64,000 nucleotides of DNA from positions 19,334-83,333 of the IMG/VR virus record IMGVR_UViG_3300008954_003554. One strand, 5' to 3'. This DNA comes from a virus. Below the pieces are notes generated by a model, which saw nothing but the letters and a program-made list of their open reading frames with translations, searched no databases and was not told the origin of the DNA. Made by a program: the position numbers and the translations under genes. Below are positions 33,883-43,864 of this stretch, piece by piece. Within the stretch, counting starts at the first letter, position 1. The number at the start of each line of letters is the position of its first letter.

Positions 33883-34689
33883 ATGAAAATTACAGCGCGC
33901 GAAATTAGAAAAATGATCCTAGAAGAATCTCAAAAGCTAGAGAGAGAGAAAAGAGATCAAGACGATGAAATCCTAAGAGAAGCCTGGTTAGATCTTAGAG
34001 ATCGAGGATACACAGATTCAGAAGTGATTGATGGTTTGCTTTCTAGTGCAGGCGTTATGATTGAGTCAAGATTTCTCAACGAAGAAGATGCTGCCGGAGA
34101 AAATGGAGGCGCGGGTTTCTTTTCCACTATTGCGACTGGGGCAGGAGATGTCCTTAAAGGTAAAATTTCACAGATTGTAATTGATACAATTCTATCTGCA
34201 TTCCAGGTAGATCTTCGAACACCTTTTGGAAGAATGGTCAGAGCCTTAGCAATCAACGTCGGTGAAAACTTTGAGTATGCGAGGTGGAGAGAATATTTCG
34301 GAGGGGAAAGTAGTTGTGGTCTTTGGGCAGAAACAATTTCACAAGCTGTTGGAGAAACTGTGATCTTAGAGCCGATAATGTCAGCAATTTTAGTGCAGCT
34401 CGGACTTCGAGGAGCGGGAGGGGCAGCAACGCCGACGCGACCTCCCGATATTGCTGCACCAGACGCAGGTATTGGGGGAGTGCTCGCGGGAACTTTAATT
34501 AGAACCATAGAAGAGGCAATAAACGAAGCCCTTGTGGGACCCGTTTCCGATGCAATTGCTGACAGGTTGTGTAGAATTAGAGTTAGGGATCTGGTTGGAG
34601 ATACTTTTGGACTAGGCTCTATAGCCCGCAGACTAACTGGGTCTGACAGGCCTGAAGGATATTACTCAGCACTATCCGGTGCAACTTGA
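33883..34689 (+). CDS. tag-family protein with Gly/Ala-rich hydrophobic helices
   Basis: MKITAREIRKMILEE; ATAGTTATA at 33856. Confidence 0.8.
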   Translation: MKITAREIRKMILEESQKLEREKRDQDDEILREAWLDLRDRGYTDSEVIDGLLSSAGVMIESRFLNEEDAAGENGGAGFFSTIATGAGDVLKGKISQIVIDTILSAFQVDLRTPFGRMVRALAINVGENFEYARWREYFGGESSCGLWAETISQAVGETVILEPIMSAILVQLGLRGAGGAATPTRPPDIAAPDAGIGGVLAGTLIRTIEEAINEALVGPVSDAIADRLCRIRVRDLVGDTFGLGSIARRLTGSDRPEGYYSALSGAT

Positions 34690-34690
34690 T

Positions 34691-35344
34691 ATGGTGGTAG
34701 ACAAAGCTGCTCTAAGAGAAATCATAAGATCTGTAATTTTTGAAGATCTCGGTAAGCACAAAACTAGAATGTTCAAGGGTACGGGTGCATCTCATAGCTA
34801 CAATACAAAGTCCGGACCTAGCATGCTTGGAGATCTAGATCCTTTTGACGTTGAGGACGAGACACCTGACAGTCCAGTTGAAAAAATAAAAACTAGTCGA
34901 GCCTTTAAAGAAGATATAAAAAACATGTTTGAAAATAAATCTGATCAGTTCAGATCTGTCTACGACTCTAAGATAAATTACAAAGTAAGGCCTGAAAAAT
35001 ATAGAACCACGCGAGATGCCCAAGGTGTTTATACTGTCATGCCATACAAGTCAGACTTTATTAATTATTTTAGTTTTTCTTCTCCCGGCCAAGCAAGAAA
35101 ATCTGCACAAAAAATATATGAAATTTTTACAGACTATAGGGATAGGAATGATTTTGTCGGAATGGACATGGCTAGAAAATATTTACAGCTAGGGTACAAG
35201 CTTTCAAAAAGATTTGAAAAATATCCCTCCGGAAAAAGGTCCCTAAGGAGCGAATCGGGAGATAGAGATATGTCGCTATCTGCACTAGAATTTAAAAAAA
35301 AATTAGTTAAAGTAATGAAAGACAAAGAGTATAATCCTTTTTAG
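34691..35344 (+). CDS. DUF4385-like protein with a degenerate N-terminal tag
   Basis: PEKYR...QGV...PYKS...SAQKIYEIF...DFVGMDMARKYLQLGY. Confidence 0.75.
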   Translation: MVVDKAALREIIRSVIFEDLGKHKTRMFKGTGASHSYNTKSGPSMLGDLDPFDVEDETPDSPVEKIKTSRAFKEDIKNMFENKSDQFRSVYDSKINYKVRPEKYRTTRDAQGVYTVMPYKSDFINYFSFSSPGQARKSAQKIYEIFTDYRDRNDFVGMDMARKYLQLGYKLSKRFEKYPSGKRSLRSESGDRDMSLSALEFKKKLVKVMKDKEYNPF

Positions 35345-35415
35345 ATTACTGTTTTGTATTTTTATCCACGCCGCTATATTTAATAATATAGTTTCACCTG
35401 GAATGGGAGTGTATT

Positions 35416-37548
35416 TTGGAATTTACTGAAGACAAACTTCGAAAGCTTGTTAGAGAAGAGGCAGCCAAAAAGCTTGTCTCTGAGAAAAAAACTGAAGTAA
35501 AAAAGTTTTTAACTCTGCAGGAGCAGCGGAGTACAGCACAGGTTCGTAGTGATAATCAGCGGGGATATCTTGGAGGCTCAGTTGTGGGGGCTTTTCAAGG
35601 ACAGCTTGGAATAACAAGTCGCATCTTCACTCCGGATTTTAAGGTAGAGTTTGCAGCCAACTACATGGATGGAAGAAAGGGGAGGGCTACGCGTAGCACC
35701 AACGAAGATGAGATCGATAGTGCACTACGTGATTTTCAACTTGAAGTTGAAGAACACAAGCTAGGACCCTACACACATCGTGCCTGGGAGATCTGGGTCG
35801 GAGATAACTACACATCCGAACAAAGAAACAAAGCAACTCAGGTGTACAATGATCCAAGGTGGGGTGCAGAGCTAGCAAAAATATTTGATGATAGTGATGA
35901 AACTGTGCCTATTCAGGCACCATCAGCTGGATCAGTAGCCCACACCTGGGAGGTTGCAGGAAGAGAGCTAGGCTGGACAATAGGAACCCGATCAAGACTT
36001 CAAGGATATTCGAGATCTACCACGTATCATGTTGAAAATGCAAGGGACTTTATGCAGGCAATCATAAGTAACAGCAATTTTGGTGGCTTCAATCCTAGAT
36101 TAGTTGCCCTGGCCCTGGCAGAAACTGACGAGGCAGCAGAAAGGGCGCGTCGCCGAACCGATGAGGAGCCTGATGAAGCTGATCGATCTCGTCAGGTAGA
36201 CATTAGCACGATCGAAGGATCAGACGTCGCTGCTGTTGTACCTCAACGGCAAAATGAGCCCCAGACAGACTATGGTGACCGACTTGATGCTTCGGCTGCC
36301 TATCTTAACGGTGCACCCCTCCAGTTCGGACTTTCAGACATTCCCCTTGAGGAAAATCCAGCAGAAATTGAGCTGGGTGGTCTCTATGATTATGGCGGGC
36401 AGTGGCAAAGCAACGTTCCAACACAAGTTTATTTTCTTATCACCCCTGGTAACCTACCCGGCCCCAGGGGTCAGAAAAAAATGCACCCAATCATTACAAA
36501 AGGAGCACTAAATACCCTTTCCCAGCAGATGGCAGAGGGATTTTATCACGGTGCTTTTTCAGGGATAGGTGCCAACGTTGGAGCGGGATCAATAGAGTCG
36601 TGGATCCAACTAATCAAATGGCTATCAGGTACAGGTAACAGATGCGGCGGAGGAGTCTTTGACGGAACAGGTGGAGGAAATCTATCAGGAAGGGTCGGAT
36701 ATAGGGATGGCGGAGGGGTTTATGATGCCCTAAGTTATCTTTTGGCCCAATTCAAATCAAATAGTTCAGCAACCATTGATAGCGATTTTGCCAACATGAC
36801 CCTTGTCGATGCTGCACTTCAGTCAGAATACACAGATGACAGTGATGACTGGGGCGACGACGATGATGTAAATAAAAGAAGGGATTATCTTGGACGATTA
36901 ACAAGGGCTTTTGTTCAGAGACCCGGGGGTAGAAGGAGAGCAAATACTGATACAGTTCTACAAAACCCTTGGGTTGTAAGACTAGCTAAAGAAAGAACAG
37001 ATGAAATAGCAAGAGAGATTAACCCCAGGATAGTAAGAGAGTCAGCATCTGAAACATTTTCCAGAAAGGAAATCTCATCATTATCTTCAATTATCACCGG
37101 GGCAATACAGGAGTCATTCGGCGTTGAAAACGTGTCTAGGAGAACCGGTCGATCACAAAGAAGGGCCCCGGTGAGACCAGTTGCTGAACCCCCTGCAGCG
37201 CCACCGACCCGAAGAGGAACGGTGTTTTCAATTGGAATGTCCAATGACCCGAATTCAATTATTAAAATCCAAAGATTCTTCAATACCGCAAACACGGGTG
37301 TGTGGAGTGGCGACGATGACCGATCATTTCTTTCATATTTTGAACTTTACTACTCTGGTAGGCTTAAGCCTGGACTGAGTGGAGTACTGCAAACCGGGGG
37401 TTGGGATGCAATGGCTCAGTACCTTGCCGTAAATCAGATCGGAGGCGGATATAATAGTGGGCCTAGTGGCCTATTAAGCTTTATCACCACCCCGGGGTAT
37501 TTCTCTAGTCAGCGAAGAAGAATACGAAATTTTGAAAGAGATGAGTGA
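35416..37548 (+). CDS. large tag-family protein (710 aa), possible virion-internal protein
   Basis: FTEDKLRKLVREE; internal FSRKEISSLSSII. Confidence 0.75.
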   Translation: MEFTEDKLRKLVREEAAKKLVSEKKTEVKKFLTLQEQRSTAQVRSDNQRGYLGGSVVGAFQGQLGITSRIFTPDFKVEFAANYMDGRKGRATRSTNEDEIDSALRDFQLEVEEHKLGPYTHRAWEIWVGDNYTSEQRNKATQVYNDPRWGAELAKIFDDSDETVPIQAPSAGSVAHTWEVAGRELGWTIGTRSRLQGYSRSTTYHVENARDFMQAIISNSNFGGFNPRLVALALAETDEAAERARRRTDEEPDEADRSRQVDISTIEGSDVAAVVPQRQNEPQTDYGDRLDASAAYLNGAPLQFGLSDIPLEENPAEIELGGLYDYGGQWQSNVPTQVYFLITPGNLPGPRGQKKMHPIITKGALNTLSQQMAEGFYHGAFSGIGANVGAGSIESWIQLIKWLSGTGNRCGGGVFDGTGGGNLSGRVGYRDGGGVYDALSYLLAQFKSNSSATIDSDFANMTLVDAALQSEYTDDSDDWGDDDDVNKRRDYLGRLTRAFVQRPGGRRRANTDTVLQNPWVVRLAKERTDEIAREINPRIVRESASETFSRKEISSLSSIITGAIQESFGVENVSRRTGRSQRRAPVRPVAEPPAAPPTRRGTVFSIGMSNDPNSIIKIQRFFNTANTGVWSGDDDRSFLSYFELYYSGRLKPGLSGVLQTGGWDAMAQYLAVNQIGGGYNSGPSGLLSFITTPGYFSSQRRRIRNFERDE

Positions 37549-37554
37549 TAGATC

Positions 37555-38736
37555 GTGAAATATTTAAAAAATATTATTCTGACAGAGAGGGATCTAAGAA
37601 GTATTATCTCTGATAATATACTTTCTGAAAAAAGATTTTATTCTTACGACGGGCCCAGGCGTGCAGGATTTCAAACTTCTGGAGAAGCGGCGTGTAGTGT
37701 TGCAGGCGCAGTAGGTACCAGAATATCGAGTGACAAAGCTAGGATAAAGGCTGGTATCATACTCGGAGTCGGGGTCGATGACGATGACCCGATAGCCAAA
37801 GAAACCTTTGTATCTGATCCGATTAGAAAGAGTGAGTCAGCGGCTGCAATAGGGAGCGATTCAGAGGTAGACGCTGATAGGATGTGGAAGATGACTATTG
37901 GGTATGCTGACGGAGATGGGCCTCAGGCTAACAAACACATGCTAGCACTTTTCATCCTACCAAAACCCGATGAGATTACAATCAGGGCTGCAGAAACTGC
38001 GGAAGACGATGAGGGAGATGAGGTTGTGTTGACCCCGGCGGTAACTACTCCCGGAAGCACTTTAAGATTTATTCTAAGGTACGCAAATAGTGACGGTTCT
38101 CCCATCACCGACGACAGCGGGCACATAGCAGTTGATCCACACACGGGGGCAGTGACTGACAACGATGATAAGTGGTTTAAATCTGTTGTTCCAATAGCTT
38201 TTGAGTGGATGGCACGGTATGTTAATAATGTTGAACTGTGTGATGAAAGGACCCGGGCAAGCATTAGTCGCAGGTCTGGAAGAACTGGGGGGACTACGGG
38301 CGTTTATGCTGCAGGAGCCCTCGCGTTGTCATCGTGGTGGGACGGAGACAGGGATACAGGGCTGCCCGTAAGAGCAGCTTCAGATATTGAAGCCCCCGCC
38401 CGACGGGTTCTTGTTGTGTCCAGAATGACTAGCACTGTGAACGAAAAGCTCGAACAAAAAGCTTCAGGCCTGAGGCGCTGGAGGGTTGATGTAACAGAGA
38501 GTGGAACTCATGTCTATCTTATTCCAACGGGTACCTTCCAGAAAGACAACTCTTATGCAACATCAGCCCGTGAAGATTACAGCACCAACAAAGCAAGAGT
38601 TGGGAGTGCCGATGCGGCCATGCGTAAATTTGGATCCCACGGAAATTTTAAAACATTTTTACAAATTTTAACAAAAGTTTGTGAAGAGCTGGGGGAAAAT
38701 GATCCAGGCTCGACTCTTATTGATATGTCAAGATAG
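37555..38736 (+). CDS. tag-family protein (393 aa)
   Basis: ILTERDLRSIISDNILSE. Confidence 0.75.
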   Translation: MKYLKNIILTERDLRSIISDNILSEKRFYSYDGPRRAGFQTSGEAACSVAGAVGTRISSDKARIKAGIILGVGVDDDDPIAKETFVSDPIRKSESAAAIGSDSEVDADRMWKMTIGYADGDGPQANKHMLALFILPKPDEITIRAAETAEDDEGDEVVLTPAVTTPGSTLRFILRYANSDGSPITDDSGHIAVDPHTGAVTDNDDKWFKSVVPIAFEWMARYVNNVELCDERTRASISRRSGRTGGTTGVYAAGALALSSWWDGDRDTGLPVRAASDIEAPARRVLVVSRMTSTVNEKLEQKASGLRRWRVDVTESGTHVYLIPTGTFQKDNSYATSAREDYSTNKARVGSADAAMRKFGSHGNFKTFLQILTKVCEELGENDPGSTLIDMSR

Positions 38737-38744
38737 AAATATCC

Positions 38745-39164
38745 CTAGATAAGCTTTTTGTGTAAATTTTCATATATCTTTTTTCTGCCCGGTTTTTTTG
38801 CATAAAGCTTTATAAGCTCACCCGCCCTGGCATTTGCTTGATCTTCGTGAAAACCTCCGGCATCTCTAATGTTGCCGTGCAATAAATCTTGTTCATCTTG
38901 CATCATGTGCGTCATTTCGTGGGCGATGGATCTCAGGACATCGACTGTGGCACGATTTTTTCCATAGATTCTAATTTCACCATCTCCAACCATGTAAGCA
39001 GCGGTTGTTGATATTGAGTATGGCTCTCTCTCTGAGACTATATAGACATTACAATTACCGTGAATTGGGAGTGATTCACAGCAGAATATAATAAAGTCAC
39101 CTATTAACAGTGCTTTTTCTGGATCTATTTCAAGATCTTGGGAAATAAATAGTTTTCTTTTCAT
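38745..39164 (-). CDS. small HExxH zinc metallopeptidase-like protein
   Basis: DVLRSIAHEMTH...EDQANARAG. Confidence 0.7.
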   Translation of the reverse strand: MKRKLFISQDLEIDPEKALLIGDFIIFCCESLPIHGNCNVYIVSEREPYSISTTAAYMVGDGEIRIYGKNRATVDVLRSIAHEMTHMMQDEQDLLHGNIRDAGGFHEDQANARAGELIKLYAKKPGRKKIYENLHKKLI

Positions 39165-39432
39165 ATTATTTTTTTCAATATTTGTGTAAACGGTTTTCTT
39201 TCCTGTGTACTATTTAATTATACAGGGACAGAGGATTAGGTCAGACCTTTTTCATTTTGAATTTAGGAGAAATGAGATGAAATTTGTAATTTATAGGTAA
39301 ACATATTCAAACAGTAATTCAATAGAAAGGTGAAATATCTTTAAGCTTTTCTTTGAAACTTAAAACTAAACGTATTAGGTGAAAGAGGTGTAGATATTTC
39401 CTCCTTTAGTAACCAACACCTTAAAATAAAAA

Positions 39433-39699
39433 ATGACAGATCAAATATTAATAAAGATAAAAATGTTGGAACAGGGAATATTGCCTGCTAGAACGGGACG
39501 GGATTTAGTAAAAATGCTAGAGTCAATCCCAAAAGATGAAAGAAGAGAATTTAAAAGAAAATTTAGAAAAGCTTGGAGAAAAATTGCCAAAAAAGATCCT
39601 GACCTTAAGTTTCCAATGGGACTAGGAAACAAAAAGCCCACCAGAGAGCAAAAGATACAAAGAGTTTCAAGAGTTTATATGAATGCCGCGAAAAAGTAA
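39433..39699 (+). CDS. basic hypothetical protein
   Basis: KRKFRKAWRK. Confidence 0.7.
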   Translation: MTDQILIKIKMLEQGILPARTGRDLVKMLESIPKDERREFKRKFRKAWRKIAKKDPDLKFPMGLGNKKPTREQKIQRVSRVYMNAAKK

Positions 39700-39952
39700 A
39701 AGAAAAAGTAAAATTAAAAAAGAAGAACCCGGGATCATCGAGCACAAGGGTTTTACTGTAGGTCAAAAAATATGGTCAAAATATCTGACTGGTAAAATTA
39801 TATCAGGTGTAATTACCAGATTTATTCTTGCAGAGGGTCAAGAAGAGGCAATAGAGATAATTACCGAAGACATGGGGTATAGAACAGTCAGGCTTTCTGA
39901 GTCTAGTGAGAATAGAATTATAAAGAGAAGAAATAAAGGTTTTCAGTTGTAG
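39683..39952 (+). CDS. basic SH3-like hypothetical protein
   Basis: FTVGQKIW...SGVI. Confidence 0.6.
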   Translation: MPRKSKRKSKIKKEEPGIIEHKGFTVGQKIWSKYLTGKIISGVITRFILAEGQEEAIEIITEDMGYRTVRLSESSENRIIKRRNKGFQL

Positions 39953-40722
39953 TCTACGCTGTTTCTATCAAGAAAATCCCTAATATTTTCTACTCCGACA
40001 CCCATTCCGACAGCTGGAAATCTTGGATCCGCCATCTGTATCATTCCTATAACTTCAAATCTAGAGTTGAGAATAAGGCTCCCAGAGCTTCCAAATATTG
40101 CAGGAGTGGTGAAGAAGCAAATGCCGCTCAAATCACATCCAGAAAAATTTCCATCGAAGTGGGGGGCAGCACCTTCTGATCGAATAGAGAGCGGGGCTGA
40201 TATTGTATAGACGTCGCTTCCTATTTCCGGCATAGAGCTAGCAATTCTAATTTTTCTAAATGCTGGCATGTCTGACTTTATTAGACATAGATCATTCTCT
40301 TCGTCTATGTCAACAATCTCTGCGGACCAGATTGCTCCATAGAAGTCTGTTACCGTTAGCTCTGTTTTCATTTGAAACAACATGTTAAGCAAGTATGTAT
40401 CCGGAGAGTCTGACTCTGGGTTGTCACAAAAATGACCTGCAGTTAAAATAAGGGACTCGCCTGTCTCTAGTTCAGAAAATATCATCCCGGAGGCAGAGCT
40501 ACCTTCGACTACTACACTATCACAGTCCCCTGTATCAGATTCACAATCATCATATATGATAGATTTTGATATATTTAAACTAACAAAATTTTCTGTTGGG
40601 AACTTTGTTATTTTCGGGGGCGTCTTGTCTATAACAAATGACACCATCGAAACTATAAGAGATAAAAATAAACATAGAATTAAAATTCTTAGAAGTTTTT
40701 CTTTTAATCCTATGCTTTCCAC
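39943..40722 (-). CDS. membrane-anchored trypsin-like (S1) serine protease
   Basis: N-terminal TM; catalytic LTAGHFC, DLCLI, FGSSGS. Confidence 0.88.
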   Translation of the reverse strand: MESIGLKEKLLRILILCLFLSLIVSMVSFVIDKTPPKITKFPTENFVSLNISKSIIYDDCESDTGDCDSVVVEGSSASGMIFSELETGESLILTAGHFCDNPESDSPDTYLLNMLFQMKTELTVTDFYGAIWSAEIVDIDEENDLCLIKSDMPAFRKIRIASSMPEIGSDVYTISAPLSIRSEGAAPHFDGNFSGCDLSGICFFTTPAIFGSSGSLILNSRFEVIGMIQMADPRFPAVGMGVGVENIRDFLDRNSVDYN

Positions 40723-40804
40723 GATATTTATCTCACTTTTAAAATTTTAAATTCTCTGCCATTCTCTTTTATAGTTTGTCTATCTCTATTAAATATGTAT
40801 TATC

Positions 40805-41281
40805 ATGAAATTACGAGACGAAAATTTTCTAAGAGACTATATTAGGAACATTATTAGAGAAAGAAAATATGATTCTATTTCTTGCGGAATAGTGGTCGTA
40901 AAAAAATTTGGAAACAAATGGAAGCCCCTTGCGCTGATTGTCGGCAGCAAGATAGATATTCCCAAAGGAAGGGTTGAAGATGGCGAAAATACGCTAGAGA
41001 CTGCGACTAGGGAGACTTATGAAGAGTCGGGAATTTCTGATCTTAATTTTTCCTGGGGAAGGGATTTCCTTAGGGTTCAAAACATGGTTGTATATCTTGC
41101 ATCAACAACGCAGGAACCTAAAATAATTCCAAACCCTGTTACCGGTCGAATGGAACATGATTTTTGGAAGTGGATGGATTGGGAGGATATGATATCAAGA
41201 AGTAGTCCCAAGATAAGGCACTCTCTTAGGTGGGCAAAAAGAAAAATTCAGCAAAATGATTTATTGACATCAGTTTTTTAA
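40805..41281 (+). CDS. Nudix hydrolase (Ap4A hydrolase-like)
   Basis: PKGRVEDGENTLETATRETYEESGI Nudix box; tag-like LRDYIRNIIRE N-terminus. Confidence 0.88.
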   Translation: MKLRDENFLRDYIRNIIRERKYDSISCGIVVVKKFGNKWKPLALIVGSKIDIPKGRVEDGENTLETATRETYEESGISDLNFSWGRDFLRVQNMVVYLASTTQEPKIIPNPVTGRMEHDFWKWMDWEDMISRSSPKIRHSLRWAKRKIQQNDLLTSVF

Positions 41282-41317
41282 TTATAATGTATTGGACAGG
41301 TGGAAATAAATATAAAC

Positions 41318-42493
41318 ATGTCGATATTCAAATCAAACCCAAGGCATGCAGATAGATCAGCATCAGACAGGTCTCGTCATAAGAAAAAGATAGCGCATGC
41401 CATAAGAGAGGGAATTCATCATATTGTATCTGATGAGTCAATTATTGGAAAAGATGGAAAGAAAAAAATCAAAATCCCAGTCAGGGGAATTAAAGAATAT
41501 AGGTTTGTATTTGGGGATAACAACAGAAAAAAAGTAGGTTCGGCACCGGGAAAGGATATCTCAAGGGGACAGCGGATAGGACAGTCTGATCAGCAGCAGC
41601 AAGGGTCAGGAAACAAACCGGGAAATGAAGAGGGTGAGGAGTATTACGAAGTAGAAATAACCCTAGAAGAGTTAAGTGAATATCTTTTTGATAGCCTTAA
41701 GCTTCCCGATATTGAAAAAAAGAAATTCAAAAGCATAGTTGGAGAAAAATATAAAAGATCAGGATACAGAAAAAAAGGTATTCGTCCCAGGCTGTCGAAG
41801 AAACAAACACTTATTAATAAAATAAAGCGTAGAAAAAAAGCCTATTTTGAAAATAGTGAAGATGAGAATGAAAGATTTCCATTCCACAAAGATGATTTAA
41901 AATATCATCATATTAAAACTAAACCAAAAGAAGTAACAAGCGCTGTTATATTTTTTATGATGGATGTTTCTGGATCCATGACGCAGACAAAAAAGTTCAT
42001 GGCACGATCTTTTTTCTTTCTCTTGTATCATTTCTTGAGAGCAAAATATAATAATGTTGAAATAGTTTTCATATCTCACACAACAGTTGCCAAAGAAGTT
42101 TCTGAAGATGAGTTCTTTACAAGAGGAGCTAGCGGGGGTACCAAAATATCTTCTGCTCTAGAGCTATGTCTTGACATTGTCAATAAGCGTTTTCATCCTT
42201 CCGCGTGGAATATATACACTTTTCACTGTTCAGACGGAGATAATTGGACCGATGATAATGAAAAGTGTGTTTCACTTTCTAGAACTATCAAATCACTTTC
42301 ACAACTTTACTGTTTTGTTGAAATAACACCTGAAATATTTGAAAATGATGGAAATACAACCTTTGGATTTTCCCAAGAAAGTAAAATATCCAACTCATAC
42401 ACACCGATGAAAGATTCTAAATTTAAAATAGTAAACCTGTTTCACAGTGATGACATATGGAAAGAATTTAAAAGAATATTTGGAGGAAGCTAG
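41318..42493 (+). CDS. yeaH: YeaH/YhbH (DUF444) vWA-like protein
   Basis: DRSRH, KIPVRGIKEYRF, MDVSGSM, FISH, GGT, WNIY.FHCSDGDNW. Confidence 0.92.
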   Translation: MSIFKSNPRHADRSASDRSRHKKKIAHAIREGIHHIVSDESIIGKDGKKKIKIPVRGIKEYRFVFGDNNRKKVGSAPGKDISRGQRIGQSDQQQQGSGNKPGNEEGEEYYEVEITLEELSEYLFDSLKLPDIEKKKFKSIVGEKYKRSGYRKKGIRPRLSKKQTLINKIKRRKKAYFENSEDENERFPFHKDDLKYHHIKTKPKEVTSAVIFFMMDVSGSMTQTKKFMARSFFFLLYHFLRAKYNNVEIVFISHTTVAKEVSEDEFFTRGASGGTKISSALELCLDIVNKRFHPSAWNIYTFHCSDGDNWTDDNEKCVSLSRTIKSLSQLYCFVEITPEIFENDGNTTFGFSQESKISNSYTPMKDSKFKIVNLFHSDDIWKEFKRIFGGS

Positions 42494-43810
42494 ATGTCTG
42501 ACTGGTCAATGAAAGATTTAGAAACCTGGGATGAGAAGATTATACAGATTGCCAAGGGATATAATTTAGATTGGTTTCCAATAAACTATGAAATATCCGA
42601 CTACTATGACATGATTGGTAGCATGGTATATCATGGGATGCCATCACACTACGGTCACTGGTCTTATGGAAAATCATTTGAAAGAACTCATTTAAACTAT
42701 AATTTTGGGATGACTGGGTTGCCATACGAGCTTATAATCAATTCGAATCCATCGATTGCGTATCTTATGAAAGAAAATCCTCTATACCTTCAGATATTGA
42801 TTATGGCTCACTGTATTGGACATTCTGATTTTTTTAAAAATAGTAGAATATTTTCACACACAAGGCCCGGGGACATTGTTACCAAGCTTAGAAGTGCAAA
42901 AAAGAGAATTCAAAAATATTCTGAAGATCCGGGTATTGGAATGGAAAAAGTAGAGAAGACTCTTGACTCTCTAAGGTCGATACAGTATCAAACGAGCAGA
43001 TTTAATCTTCCTCAGCTTTCACATGTAGAGAAAAAAAGAAGAATTGTAGAAAAAATAAATAAAACTAGTTCAAAAAAAGAAAGTGCAAAACTTAGAGAGA
43101 GTCTAGATAGGATTCCAGTTGAGCCAGAAACAGATCTTTTATGGACAATTCTTGAATTTGGAAACCACATACCCGAATGGAAAAAAGATATTATAAACAT
43201 AGTAAGAGAAGAATCTCTCTACTTTATACCCCAGATTAGAACAAAAATTTTAAATGAAGGGTGGGCCAGTTTTTGGCACTATAGAATATTAAATGATCTA
43301 AATCTGCCTCAAAAGTATCATATTCCATTTTTAAGAAGTCACAATCAAGTAATTAGACCCCATTTGGGTGGAATTAATCCGTATCATTTGGGATTTTATT
43401 TATTTGACAAGGTAGAGAAAAGAGACGGAATAGAGGAATGTTTTCTAATTAGAGAAATACATGATGATGCCTCTGCAATTAGGTTCCTATTGGAACAAGA
43501 AGATTGTGAAAATTTAAACCTATTCTCCTATTCAAAGAAAAAAAAGCTAACTTCAATAGACGATGTCTCTGATGACGTGGGGTGGAGAAACATTAAGAAT
43601 GATCTAGTAATGACAACAGGGGTTAACTCTATCCCTGTAATCGGAGTTGATGAAATTTTATCTGATGGTACTTTAATTTTATTACACGACCATGACGGAA
43701 GAGATTTAGAGTTAAATTATGCCGAAGAGGTTGTCGAGCATATTAGATATTTATGGGATAGAGATGTTAAGCTGTTTACGATTATCGAAGAAGAAACGTG
43801 GGAAATCTAA
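42494..43810 (+). CDS. spoVR: SpoVR/YcgB family protein
   Basis: GMPSHYGHWSYGK, YELIINSNPSIAYLM, TKILNEGWASFWH, NPYHLG. Confidence 0.95.
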   Translation: MSDWSMKDLETWDEKIIQIAKGYNLDWFPINYEISDYYDMIGSMVYHGMPSHYGHWSYGKSFERTHLNYNFGMTGLPYELIINSNPSIAYLMKENPLYLQILIMAHCIGHSDFFKNSRIFSHTRPGDIVTKLRSAKKRIQKYSEDPGIGMEKVEKTLDSLRSIQYQTSRFNLPQLSHVEKKRRIVEKINKTSSKKESAKLRESLDRIPVEPETDLLWTILEFGNHIPEWKKDIINIVREESLYFIPQIRTKILNEGWASFWHYRILNDLNLPQKYHIPFLRSHNQVIRPHLGGINPYHLGFYLFDKVEKRDGIEECFLIREIHDDASAIRFLLEQEDCENLNLFSYSKKKKLTSIDDVSDDVGWRNIKNDLVMTTGVNSIPVIGVDEILSDGTLILLHDHDGRDLELNYAEEVVEHIRYLWDRDVKLFTIIEEETWEI

Positions 43811-43864
43811 TGCAAAGGGTTTATATTTCCATAATTCAAAGTAAAATCTCATATAGAGGATCAG

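Noticed and set aside
41265-41288. Canonical TTGACA/TATAAT promoter before yeaH
   Set aside because: The spacer is only about 13 nt, too short for a sigma70 promoter.
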